Source of the DNA: Syntrophaceae bacterium UBA2192
GTDB taxonomy: Bacteria > Desulfobacterota > Syntrophia > Syntrophales > UBA2192
Direction: 5' to 3'
NCBI GenBank assembly: GCA_002327315.1
Contig: DCVI01000197.1
Coordinates: 30,468 to 84,716, forward strand
Length of the DNA stretch: 54,249 nucleotides
A program made the translations under genes and the position numbers. Shown piece after piece: positions 33,261-42,548 of the stretch. The first letter of the stretch is position 1, and each line of letters opens with the position of its first letter. The notes beneath the pieces were generated by a model. That model saw only the letters and a program-made list of their open reading frames with translations. It was not told the DNA's origin and made no database searches.

Positions 33261-35444
33261 ATGGATAACCGTATGAAGCAAATCCTACAAAACCTGAAAA
33301 ACGGAGTAACGGAGATTGTGGATGTACCGGTACCTGCTCCCGGGCGGGGACAGGCCCTGATTCGTACATCACGCACGCTGGTGTCTGCAGGCACGGAACG
33401 CATGATGGTGGATTTCGGTAAGGCTGGCTGGCTGGAGAAGGCCCGGCAGCAACCGGAGAAGGTCCAGCAGGTGCTGGACAAAATCCGGACGGATGGGTTG
33501 ATACCAACGATGGAGGCCGTATTCAGCAAACTCGATGAGCCGATTCCGCTGGGGTATTGCAATGCGGGAACAGTCCTGGAGGTTGGCGCAGGGATAACCG
33601 ATTTACGGCCTGGGGATCGGGTAGCGAGCAATGGGCCTCATGCAGAAATGGTCTGTGTGCCCAGGAACCTGTGTGCAAAGATACCGGACGGGGTGACAGA
33701 TGAAGAGGCAGCCTTTACGGTCTTAGGAAGTATTGCCCTCCAGGGAGTACGACTGGCAGTACCGACTCTTGGAGAACGATTCATCGTCTTTGGCCTGGGG
33801 CTGGTCGGTCTATTAACCGTTCAGCTGCTCCGTGCCAGCGGTTGCCCCGTTTTAGCCGTGGATGTAAGCGAAACAAGGCTGAAGCTGGCAGAGAACTTCG
33901 GGGCTGAGACTGTGAACTTAACTCTGGGTGGCGACCCCGTAGCAACAGCGCTGGCCTGGACAGGTGGCAGGGGAGTGGATGGGGCCATCCTCGCTGCCTC
34001 GGCCAAGGGAGATGAAATTGTCCATCAGGCGGCACAAGCCTGCCGGAAAAGGGGTCGGATCATTCTCGTTGGAGTGGTGGATCTGAACCTTCGGCGGAGC
34101 GATTTCTATGAAAAAGAGTTGACGTTTCAGGTGTCCTGCTCTTACGGGCCCGGTCGATACGATGAAAACTATGAACAGGCGGGGCAGGACTATCCCATTG
34201 GTTTCGTTCGCTGGACCGAGCAGCGGAACTTCGAGGCGGTTCTCGAGGCGATGCGTGCCGGGCAGATGTGCGTGAAGGAACTGATCACGCATCGGATGGC
34301 ATTGGTAGAGGCCGCAGGACGGTACGACAAGGCGCTGCATGACCCGACGGCGATGGGAGTTTTGATAGAGTACCCGCTTTCGGATCAAACGAAAATTCAA
34401 CAGGTTCTTCCCTCACCTTCATCCCGGCCCTCCCCCCTCAAGGTCAGGGGGGATCAAGGGCTGGCAGTCGGTATAATCGGGGCGGGGAATTATGCGCGGT
34501 CGACACTGCTGCCGGCACTGATACGCACAAAGGCGGATATTGTTGCAATCGCAGATATCAATGGCGTGGCTGCCACCCATGCCGCACGAAAGTTTGGGGC
34601 AGGAAAGGCCATTTCCGATTATCGGCTGATCCTGGATGATCCAGACATCCGGGCGGTTTTTGTGCTTGTTGGCCATCATCTCCATGCCCGGTTCGTCCGT
34701 GAGGTCCTGGAGGCGGGCAAGCATGTCTTTGTCGAGAAGCCGTTGGCTCTGAATGAGGCAGAATTAAGTCAAATAATATCCTTTTATTTGGCTCTTGGCG
34801 CACAATGCCCAGCCATGCCGTTGTTGACGGTCGGGTTCAACCGTCGGTTCAGTCCCCATATTATCAAGGTCAGGGAGCTGTTAGCAGGCCGGTCGGAGCC
34901 GCTTTGCATGAGCATGTCGGTCAACGCGGGCTTTATCCCCCTGGAGCACTGGACGCAGGATCCGGTGCGCGGCGGCGGTCGGATTATCGGTGAAGCATGT
35001 CATTTTATTGATTTATTGTCATACTTGTCGGGGAGTTCAGTGGCAACTGTCTCCTCAGCGATGGTGGGGGGCAGTGGTCCAATACGCGAAGACAGGATGT
35101 CCATTCTTCTGAGTTTCGCTGATGGCTCTGTGGGAACGGTGCACTATTTCGCTAACGGGGCGAAGAGCTATCCCAAGGAAACCCTTGAGGTCTTCGGAGA
35201 CGGGCGGGTGATCCGGATGGAGAACTTCCGAATCACGACCGGATATGGTTTCAAGGGATTCCGCTCTTTCCGGACATGGCGGCAGGACAAAGGACACAGG
35301 GCGGAAATCGCGGCATTTGTCGATCGCGTATCCACGGACAGCGCGCCCTTGATTCCTTTCAAAGAAATTGTGAATGTCACGCGGGCGAGCTTCGCTGCGG
35401 TGGAATCGGCAAAAACCGAAAAGGTCATCAGTATCGCTCCATAG
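33261..35444 (+). CDS. Bi-domain oxidoreductase: N-terminal MDR/zinc-type alcohol dehydrogenase plus C-terminal Gfo/Idh/MocA domain
   Basis: The N-terminal domain has MKQILQNLKNGVTEIVDVPVPAPGRGQALIRT... and GLGLVGLL (Rossmann). The C-terminal domain has LAVGIIGAGNYARSTLLPAL...[10 protein letters not shown]. An alternative start is the ATG at 33273. Confidence 0.85.
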   Translation: MDNRMKQILQNLKNGVTEIVDVPVPAPGRGQALIRTSRTLVSAGTERMMVDFGKAGWLEKARQQPEKVQQVLDKIRTDGLIPTMEAVFSKLDEPIPLGYCNAGTVLEVGAGITDLRPGDRVASNGPHAEMVCVPRNLCAKIPDGVTDEEAAFTVLGSIALQGVRLAVPTLGERFIVFGLGLVGLLTVQLLRASGCPVLAVDVSETRLKLAENFGAETVNLTLGGDPVATALAWTGGRGVDGAILAASAKGDEIVHQAAQACRKRGRIILVGVVDLNLRRSDFYEKELTFQVSCSYGPGRYDENYEQAGQDYPIGFVRWTEQRNFEAVLEAMRAGQMCVKELITHRMALVEAAGRYDKALHDPTAMGVLIEYPLSDQTKIQQVLPSPSSRPSPLKVRGDQGLAVGIIGAGNYARSTLLPALIRTKADIVAIADINGVAATHAARKFGAGKAISDYRLILDDPDIRAVFVLVGHHLHARFVREVLEAGKHVFVEKPLALNEAELSQIISFYLALGAQCPAMPLLTVGFNRRFSPHIIKVRELLAGRSEPLCMSMSVNAGFIPLEHWTQDPVRGGGRIIGEACHFIDLLSYLSGSSVATVSSAMVGGSGPIREDRMSILLSFADGSVGTVHYFANGAKSYPKETLEVFGDGRVIRMENFRITTGYGFKGFRSFRTWRQDKGHRAEIAAFVDRVSTDSAPLIPFKEIVNVTRASFAAVESAKTEKVISIAP

Positions 35445-35489
35445 ATTCCACGAGCTCGGGAATGACACAGAAAAGGTAACTCACACGAG

Positions 35490-36575
35490 ATGAAAATACT
35501 GCATGTCGTCGGTGCCAGGCCAAATTTCATGAAGGTCGCGCCGGTCATCAAGGCATTGGGGAAAAAAGACAACATCAGGCAGATGCTTGTCCACACCGGA
35601 CAGCACTATGATATCAATATGTCCGACATTTTTTTCAAACAGCTGGCGATTCCAGCGCCGGATGTCAATCTCGAGGTCGGATCGGGCACTCATGCCATGC
35701 AGACGGCGCAAATCATGACGCGCATCGAAACGGTCCTTTTGGAGAAAAAACCCGACATGGTTCTGGTTTATGGCGATGTCAATTCTACCGTCGCCTCGGC
35801 AATGGTATGCGCAAAATTGCTTATTCCCATCGGGCATGTGGAGGCAGGTCTTCGTTCTTTTGATCGCACCATGCCGGAAGAGATTAACCGGTTGCTTACA
35901 GATCAGGTTGCCGATCTGCTATTTACCCCGTCGCTTGATGGAAATGAAAATCTGATTCGTGAGGGTATCCAATCGGAGAAGATTCACTTTGTCGGCAATG
36001 TCATGATCGATACGTTGTCATACCTCCTGAAAGAAGCGGAATTGAAGTGGCCTATCTTAGGCTCAACATTAACTATTGAGGAAAATCGATATGCCTTGGT
36101 TACATTACACCGTCCGTCCAACGTGGATGAAACGGCGATGCTTGCTAAAATTATGGCAGCTCTCGAAAACCTCAGTAAAGAAATTCACATCGTCTTCCCT
36201 ATTCACCCTCGCACACGCGCGCGAATCGCATCGTCAGATTTGCTTGTTACTGAGAATCGCCGATTTCAACTGATCGATCCTGTCGGGTATCTGGATTTCT
36301 TGAGCCTGCAGCAGAAGGCCAGACTCGTGATAACTGATTCCGGCGGAATACAGGAAGAGACAACCTTCCTGGGCGTACCGTGCCTTACGGTACGAGACAA
36401 TACGGAACGTCCTGTTACGGTGTCCATAGGAACAAACATTCTCGTGGGACAGGACATGGAACGCCTTCGCTCGGAGGTCGATCGCATTTTAGCCGGCCAT
36501 GCGAAAAGAGGCGCTGTACCGCCGCTGTGGGATGGCAGGGCAAGCGAAAGAATTGCGGACGTCATTCAATCGTGA
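35490..36575 (+). CDS. wecB: UDP-N-acetylglucosamine 2-epimerase (non-hydrolysing; WecB/WbpI-like)
   Basis: MKILHVVGARPNFMKVAPVIKAL...VHTGQHYD...VYGDVNST...GHVEAGLRSFD...PEEINR...DSGGIQEE. Confidence 0.9.
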   Translation: MKILHVVGARPNFMKVAPVIKALGKKDNIRQMLVHTGQHYDINMSDIFFKQLAIPAPDVNLEVGSGTHAMQTAQIMTRIETVLLEKKPDMVLVYGDVNSTVASAMVCAKLLIPIGHVEAGLRSFDRTMPEEINRLLTDQVADLLFTPSLDGNENLIREGIQSEKIHFVGNVMIDTLSYLLKEAELKWPILGSTLTIEENRYALVTLHRPSNVDETAMLAKIMAALENLSKEIHIVFPIHPRTRARIASSDLLVTENRRFQLIDPVGYLDFLSLQQKARLVITDSGGIQEETTFLGVPCLTVRDNTERPVTVSIGTNILVGQDMERLRSEVDRILAGHAKRGAVPPLWDGRASERIADVIQS

Positions 36576-38749
36576 TGATGCAAATGCTACTTTATCTTCC
36601 GAAGCTTTTGCACCATTTAGGTCTCTCATGGTTAGGCTACCGTATATTCTATGCAGTGCGTCGACGCCTTGGCATACTGCGACGGCGGCTGCCCGCCAAA
36701 AAATGGGATGCATGTCCCTTACACCAGTATTTGAATGACAGCACGTTGGCTGATCCATCTGCCTATTTTCATTCTCGTCTTAACAGCGCCCCTCTTTTTT
36801 TCTTTGCTCCATCGGATATCCAAAACTACCAGACGTATTTTCCCCGCTGGGATCATGAAACCCTAACGCCGGCATCCTACGCTGATGGTATTCGAAGAGG
36901 AACGTTTAAGTATTTTGAGCACAATTTTCTGCAAAACACGTTCCCTCCCGACTGGCATTTGAATCCTTCTACCGGTTACAAATCACCTGCGCAAAAGCAT
37001 TGGAGCGACATAGGCGATTTTGATAACGGTGACATCAAGCTCATTTGGGAGTTGAGCCGATTCTCTTTCGTCTATGCGCTGGTGAGGGCGCACTGGCGTA
37101 CCGGCAACGAACAATACGCCGAGATATTTTGGACATTAGTGGAAGATTGGCGCGAAAAGAACCCCCCTAATTACGGTGTGAACTGGAAATGCGGACAGGA
37201 AACTGCCATTCGGGTTATGGCGTGGTGTTTCGGGCTTTACGGGTTTTACAATGCCCACGCAACCAGTGCTGCGCGTGTTTATGCCTTAATTCAGATGATC
37301 GCCGTTTCAGGTGAACGGATCGAGGGCAATATCGGCTATGCCCTCAGCCAGAGGAACAATCACGGCATCATCGAAGCCGTCGGGTTGTGGACAATCGGTC
37401 TGCTTTTCCCGGAGTTGCGGAAGGCAGAACAATGGCGTGAGAAGGGCCGCCGTTATCTGGAAGAACAGGGGAAATCTCTGATTTATGAAGATGGCTCTTT
37501 CAGCCAGCATTCCGTAAATTATCATCGCTTGATGCTGCATGGCTATCTGTGGTCTTTGCGCCTTGGGGATTTGAATGGACAGTCCTTCAGCGATGATTTA
37601 AAGGGACGCGTGAAGAGGTCCGGTGAATGGCTCGACCACATTCGCGATGACGTAACGGGACAAGTACCCTATTACGGTCAAAACGACGGCGCTTTGATAT
37701 TACCCCTGAACAATTGTGATTATCTTGATTTTCGGCCGGTGGCGCAGGCCGCGAATTACTACTTTGCCGGCGAGCGGCTTTTTGAAAGCGGATCCTGGGA
37801 CGAGGACCTTTTATGGCTATTTGGGCCGGATGCCTTATCGGCACCCATTGGTGAAATGGGATCATGGCGGGATCTGTCGGCAACGGACGGCGGTTATTAT
37901 ACTCTTCGCACCAAGGCGGGATTTGCTTTTATTCGCTGTGCCAGCTTTCGGGACCGTCCCGGTCAGGCCGACATGCTTCATGCCGATCTGTGGTGGCGGG
38001 GAAAGAATATTGCCTGCGATGCGGGCACATTCAGCTATAATAACCCCGCGCCCTGGAATAACCCCTTGGCTCATACGGCTTATCACAATACCGTTACAGT
38101 AGATGACAGGGATCAGATGGACCGGGTCGGGCGCTTTCTATGGCTGCCCTGGCTTCAGGGGAAGGTCCGCTGCATCAAGCGATCGTCCGCTGGTCATCTG
38201 GCCTACTGGGAAGGTTCGCACGATGGGTATGCAAGATTGACGTCGCCCGTGGATCAGAGGCGGGGGATTTTGCAGTTGGGCGACGAAAGCTGGCTGGTCG
38301 TAGATCATCTGGTGAGCTCCTCTTCCCATAGCTATCGCCTGCATTGGCTACTCCCGGATATGGAACATACATGGCTGGAAGCCCAAGGCATGCTTATACT
38401 GAAGACAGAGGCTGGTGTTTATCATGTTCAAGCTCTTGCCCAACCCCGAAAGGGTGTTTGTTCGCTCATTAGAGGCGATGAGAAGTCGCCCCGGGGCTGG
38501 CGGGCGCCATACTACTTTTACAAAGAGCCGGCACTATCTCTGGATCTAACAGTTGATGGCTCACAAGCATTTTTCTGCACGCTCTTCAGTCCTGAACCCT
38601 GCAGCATCTCGTGGATGGGAGACCATATGTCCATCAAAGCGCCGTTTTGGCGTGCCGACCTGTCGATGCTATCGGCAAGGAAAGATGTGACCATGATTTC
38701 GAGTGTTTCACTGAGAGGGACCACAGAAGACAGATTGGACTTTATCTGA
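36575..38749 (+). CDS. Heparinase II/III-family (alginate-lyase-fold) protein, apparently cytoplasmic
   Basis: The C-terminal signature is GQADMLHADLWWRGKNIACDAGTFSYN...AHTAYHNTVTVDDRDQ, and the N-terminal domain has NWKCGQETAIRVMAW. The likely start, ATG 36575, overlaps the wecB stop codon (TGATG). The ORF-track start at 36380 lies inside wecB. Confidence 0.75.
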   Translation: MMQMLLYLPKLLHHLGLSWLGYRIFYAVRRRLGILRRRLPAKKWDACPLHQYLNDSTLADPSAYFHSRLNSAPLFFFAPSDIQNYQTYFPRWDHETLTPASYADGIRRGTFKYFEHNFLQNTFPPDWHLNPSTGYKSPAQKHWSDIGDFDNGDIKLIWELSRFSFVYALVRAHWRTGNEQYAEIFWTLVEDWREKNPPNYGVNWKCGQETAIRVMAWCFGLYGFYNAHATSAARVYALIQMIAVSGERIEGNIGYALSQRNNHGIIEAVGLWTIGLLFPELRKAEQWREKGRRYLEEQGKSLIYEDGSFSQHSVNYHRLMLHGYLWSLRLGDLNGQSFSDDLKGRVKRSGEWLDHIRDDVTGQVPYYGQNDGALILPLNNCDYLDFRPVAQAANYYFAGERLFESGSWDEDLLWLFGPDALSAPIGEMGSWRDLSATDGGYYTLRTKAGFAFIRCASFRDRPGQADMLHADLWWRGKNIACDAGTFSYNNPAPWNNPLAHTAYHNTVTVDDRDQMDRVGRFLWLPWLQGKVRCIKRSSAGHLAYWEGSHDGYARLTSPVDQRRGILQLGDESWLVVDHLVSSSSHSYRLHWLLPDMEHTWLEAQGMLILKTEAGVYHVQALAQPRKGVCSLIRGDEKSPRGWRAPYYFYKEPALSLDLTVDGSQAFFCTLFSPEPCSISWMGDHMSIKAPFWRADLSMLSARKDVTMISSVSLRGTTEDRLDFI

Positions 38750-39978
38750 TGCATGTGCTTCTTATCCATCAGGCGTTCGTCTCACCTTCCGAGGCAGGGG
38801 GCACACGCCATTTCGAACTTGGCCAATATCTGTTGAAGGCAGGGCATCGATTTTCCATTGTGGCAAGTGATGTGAGCTATCTGACAGGGAAGGCCCTGTT
38901 CGATCGTCGGTCTTTGATAACCAAACAGGAGTTCCAGGGGATCCGAGTACTTCGGGCCTATACCTATCCTTCCGTTCATCGCGGCTTCGTCTGGCGGGTT
39001 GTCTCTTTTCTGAGTTTCATGGTTTCATCCGTATACACGGGCATGAAGGCCGGGCCAATCGATCTGGTTATGGGGACCTCTCCGCCGATTTTTCAGGCAG
39101 TATCAGCCTGGATCGTTGCCATGATGCGAAGACGCCCTTTTCTCCTGGAGATCCGCGATCTCTGGCCGGAATTCGCCATCGATATGGGGGTGCTCAAGAA
39201 TCCTGTCCTGATCGGCCTCTCCCGCTGGCTTGAAAATTTTCTGTATGCACGAGCGGATCATATACTGGTAAATTCGCCGGCATACCGAGATTATGTTCAT
39301 TCAAAGGGTGTTGCCTCAGAACGGATCAGCCTTATTGCCAACGGTGTCGATCCGACCCTCTTTGATCCCCAGTCGACCGGGGTCGAGATCAGGCAGGAGT
39401 TGGAGCTCGGCGATGACTGTTTTGTCGTCACGTATGCAGGTGCTCTGGGCATGGCCAATGACATCCCGACGGTCCTTCGAGCAGCCGAGCGATTGCAGGA
39501 CCATCGGAAAATCCGTTTTCTGTTCGTAGGCGACGGCAAGGAGCAGCCAAATTTAAAGAAAATGGCCGAGGAAATGAAGCTTTCGAATGTCATCTTCGCT
39601 GGTGCTAGACCAAAGGCTGACATGCCGAAAATATTAGCTGCCTCGGACGCTTGTCTGGCCATCCTGATGAACATCCCCATGTTCCGAACCACCTATCCCA
39701 ACAAGGTATTTGACTATATGGCGGCAGAAAGACCGACCATCCTGGCGATCGACGGCGTCATCCGGCAGGTGATCGAGTCAGCCGGCGGTGGTTTATATGT
39801 CCCACCAGGTGATGATGAGGTCCTGGCTGCCGCTGTGCTGAAATTGTCGTCGAATCCGGACCTAGCTCGCGAAATGGGAACGTCAGCTCGCAGTTATGTG
39901 GTTCGCAATTTTAATCGATCCGACCAGGCGAAGGAGTTTGTTGCCTTGGTCAGCCGCCTGGGAAGAGTGGGAAAATAG
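38749..39978 (+). CDS. GT4 glycosyltransferase (WbuB/WcaI-like)
   Basis: MHVLLIHQAFVSPSEAGGTRHFELGQYLLKAGHRFSIVAS... The start overlaps the upstream stop codon (TGATG). The ORF-track start at 38611 lies inside the upstream gene. Confidence 0.85.
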   Translation: MHVLLIHQAFVSPSEAGGTRHFELGQYLLKAGHRFSIVASDVSYLTGKALFDRRSLITKQEFQGIRVLRAYTYPSVHRGFVWRVVSFLSFMVSSVYTGMKAGPIDLVMGTSPPIFQAVSAWIVAMMRRRPFLLEIRDLWPEFAIDMGVLKNPVLIGLSRWLENFLYARADHILVNSPAYRDYVHSKGVASERISLIANGVDPTLFDPQSTGVEIRQELELGDDCFVVTYAGALGMANDIPTVLRAAERLQDHRKIRFLFVGDGKEQPNLKKMAEEMKLSNVIFAGARPKADMPKILAASDACLAILMNIPMFRTTYPNKVFDYMAAERPTILAIDGVIRQVIESAGGGLYVPPGDDEVLAAAVLKLSSNPDLAREMGTSARSYVVRNFNRSDQAKEFVALVSRLGRVGK

Positions 39979-39985
39979 AATCTTT

Positions 39986-40606
39986 ATGATTCGCCGGTTG
40001 CAGAAACGTATGCTCGACCTGGCTTTGGTCATGCCAGGCCTGACGATGTTATCTCCTTTTCTGCTCTGTATTGCCCTGGCAGTTCGTGTCAAACTCGGCT
40101 CTCCGGTTCTTTTCTGCCAGGACCGTCCCGGGCAAGGCGGCAGGCCTTTCAAACTTTATAAGTTCCGCACCATGACCAATGAGGCGGACACCGAGGGCCA
40201 GCCGCTGCCCGACGCGGAACGGCTGACCCGTTTCGGAAAATTCCTGCGCTCCACCAGCCTGGATGAGTTACCCGAGCTATGGAATGTCCTGAAGGGGGAC
40301 ATGAGCCTTGTCGGTCCGCGGCCGCTTCTCGAGGAGTATCTCCCCCTGTACAGTACCCGGCAGGCGAGGCGGCACGAGGTGAAACCCGGGCTCACTGGCT
40401 GGGCGCAGGTGAACGGGCGAAACGCCCTGACGTGGGAAGACCGTCTGGAGATGGATGTCTGGTACGTGGAAAACCTGACACTGTGTCTGGACCTTAAAAT
40501 CATTTGGATGACGCTTCGGATCGTGTTAAATCGAGAAGGAATCAGCCACCAGGGCAGCGCCACGATGGAGCGGTTCAAGGGAAGCACGCAAGCTGGGCAG
40601 CATTAA
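39986..40606 (+). CDS. Polyprenyl-phosphate sugar-phosphate transferase (small PglC/WbaP-C-terminal type initiating transferase)
   Basis: MIRRLQKRMLDLALVMPGLTMLSPFLLCIALAVRVKLGSPVLFCQDRPGQGGRPFKLYKFRTM...LDELPELWNVLKGDMSLVGPRP. Confidence 0.9.
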   Translation: MIRRLQKRMLDLALVMPGLTMLSPFLLCIALAVRVKLGSPVLFCQDRPGQGGRPFKLYKFRTMTNEADTEGQPLPDAERLTRFGKFLRSTSLDELPELWNVLKGDMSLVGPRPLLEEYLPLYSTRQARRHEVKPGLTGWAQVNGRNALTWEDRLEMDVWYVENLTLCLDLKIIWMTLRIVLNREGISHQGSATMERFKGSTQAGQH

Positions 40607-41248
40607 ATGAAAAAGGGAAGATTATTGATCCTGGGGGCGAGCGGTCACGGCAAGGTTGCCGGAGACTGCGCGCGGGCGGCGGACCTCTGGTCTGAGCTTG
40701 TTTTCTTCGATGACAGGTGGCCGACGCTGCAAGACTGCGGACCCTGGCGGGTGATGGGTACGGTCGAGGCCTTGTTAAACCAAGCCCAACCGGGGGATCA
40801 GGCCTTTGTGGCGATCGGCCAGGCCGAGACTCGTCTCAACCTGCTGCAGCAAATAGCATCGGCCGGAATCGAGATCGCGACGGTTATTCACCCCTCAGCC
40901 GTCGTGAGCATCGGGGCGTCCATGGGGACAGGTTGTCTTGTTGTGGCGGGGGCGGTCGTGAACATCCAGACTCTTGTCGGCCTGGGCTGTATCATCAACA
41001 CAGGCGCCACGGTGGACCACGATTGCATCCTTGGCGATGGGGTGCATGTCTGCCCCGGGGCGCACCTGGCGGGCGATGTCAAAATCGGCAGGGGCACCTG
41101 GGTCGGCGTCGGAAGCACCGTGTGCCAGGGCCTCACGATCGGCCGCGGGGCCATGATCGGCGCAGGTGCCGTCGTGGTGGAGGACGTGGCAGACAGGCAG
41201 ACCGTGGCGGGCGTGCCGGCACGACCACTGGATATAAAGAACCCTTGA
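40607..41248 (+). CDS. PglD/NeuD-family amino-sugar N-acetyltransferase
   Basis: MKKGRLLILGASGHGKVAGDCA..., then hexapeptide repeats IGASMGTGCLVVAGAVVNIQTLVGLGCIINTGATVDHDCILGDGVHVCPGAHLAGDVKIG. Confidence 0.85.
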   Translation: MKKGRLLILGASGHGKVAGDCARAADLWSELVFFDDRWPTLQDCGPWRVMGTVEALLNQAQPGDQAFVAIGQAETRLNLLQQIASAGIEIATVIHPSAVVSIGASMGTGCLVVAGAVVNIQTLVGLGCIINTGATVDHDCILGDGVHVCPGAHLAGDVKIGRGTWVGVGSTVCQGLTIGRGAMIGAGAVVVEDVADRQTVAGVPARPLDIKNP

Positions 41249-41260
41249 TTGAGTTTCCCT

Positions 41261-42439
41261 ATGATTGAAACCCCCTTCACGCCCTGGCCGGATTTCACAC
41301 AGGAGGAGGCAGATGCAGTCTCCAGGGTACTGCTCTCCAACAGGGTCAATTACTGGACAGGTCGTGAGTGCCGGGAATTCGAATGCGAGTTCGCCGCCTG
41401 GGCCGGAGTCGAACACGCAGTTGCGCTGGCAAACGGCACGGTTGCCCTGGATCTTGCGCTCAACGTGCTTGGTATCGGACCCGGGGATGAAGTGGTGGTG
41501 GCTCCACGGACATTTATTGCCTCCGTTTCCTGCGTGGTGAATGCCGGGGCAAGGCCTGTCTTCGCCGACGTGGATCGAGATTCCCAAAATATAACAGCGG
41601 AATCCATTCGAGCAGTTCTCACGCCACGCACGAAGGCTATTATTTGTGTTCATCTCGCCGGGATGCCGTGTGAGATGGATGAGATAATGTCCCTTGCCTC
41701 GAAAAAAAACCTTTACGTTATTGAAGATTGCGCTCAGGCTCATGGCGCTCTATATAAAGGCAAGTCGGTCGGCACCATAGGCGATCTCGGCGCGTGGTCG
41801 TTCTGCCAGGACAAGATCATCACCACGGGCGGTGAGGGGGGAATGCTGACTACAAACCGCCGGGAGTGGTGGGAAAAAGCCTGGTCGTACAAAGATCACG
41901 GCAAGTCCTGGGATGCAGTCTATCAGCGGCAACATTCTCCCGGCTTTCGCTGGCTGCATGAAACGTTCGGAACCAACTGGCGGCTGACGGAAATGCAGGC
42001 AGCCATCGGGCGTATCCAACTGGGCCGGATGCCGGAGTGGCACGCGGCGCGGACACGCCACGCCGAGGCAATCCGGGCAATGGCTCGAACACTTCCCGCG
42101 CTGAGGGTGCCGGAGCTGCCGGGAAATTTCATCCATGCCTGGTACAAGTGCTATCTGTTCGTGCGGCCGGAATGGCTGCGTTCAGGGTGGAGCCGGGATC
42201 GCATCCTGGAAGAAATCCAGCGAAGAGGCGTACCTTGTTATTCCGGAAGTTGCCCCGAGGTCTATCTTGAACAGGCATTCGAGAGCACGGATTTTCGTCC
42301 CATCACAAGACTCGCGACTGCGAAAGAGCTGGGTGAAACCAGTTTGATGTTTTTGGTCCATCCAACGTTGAAGCCGGAGGAAATCCGAAAAACCTGTGAT
42401 GCGCTTCAGGCGGTGATCAATTTAGCCATCGTCCAATAG
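41261..42439 (+). CDS. DegT-family aminotransferase (PglE-like, UDP-4-keto-6-deoxy-HexNAc aminotransferase type)
   Basis: ...EFECEFAAWAGVEHAVALANGTVALDLAL...GDEVVVAPRTFIASV...FCQDKIITTGGEGGML. An alternative TTG start is at 41249. Confidence 0.85.
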   Translation: MIETPFTPWPDFTQEEADAVSRVLLSNRVNYWTGRECREFECEFAAWAGVEHAVALANGTVALDLALNVLGIGPGDEVVVAPRTFIASVSCVVNAGARPVFADVDRDSQNITAESIRAVLTPRTKAIICVHLAGMPCEMDEIMSLASKKNLYVIEDCAQAHGALYKGKSVGTIGDLGAWSFCQDKIITTGGEGGMLTTNRREWWEKAWSYKDHGKSWDAVYQRQHSPGFRWLHETFGTNWRLTEMQAAIGRIQLGRMPEWHAARTRHAEAIRAMARTLPALRVPELPGNFIHAWYKCYLFVRPEWLRSGWSRDRILEEIQRRGVPCYSGSCPEVYLEQAFESTDFRPITRLATAKELGETSLMFLVHPTLKPEEIRKTCDALQAVINLAIVQ

Positions 42440-42548
42440 AAACCACAATACATGAAACATTTGATACGGATGTGCAATTTCATTTTTTGGACGCCATTTC
42501 CTGCGGCCGTAGTCCTGCAGGTCGCGAGGTTGGAACAGAAGAATCCAG

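Noticed and set aside
36380-36574. N-terminal extensions given by the ORF track for several genes: 36380 for the heparinase-like gene, 38611 for the GT4, 39896 for the sugar transferase, 44302 for the ligase-family gene, 46049 for the GT-C-like gene, 48864 for UbiA, 19318 for WbqC, 20875 for the methyltransferase and 24104 for the aminotransferase.
   Set aside because: Each extension lies inside the preceding gene or a relic, and carries no homology-like sequence. An internal ATG or GTG that overlaps or abuts the upstream stop codon gives an N-terminus matching the family pattern.
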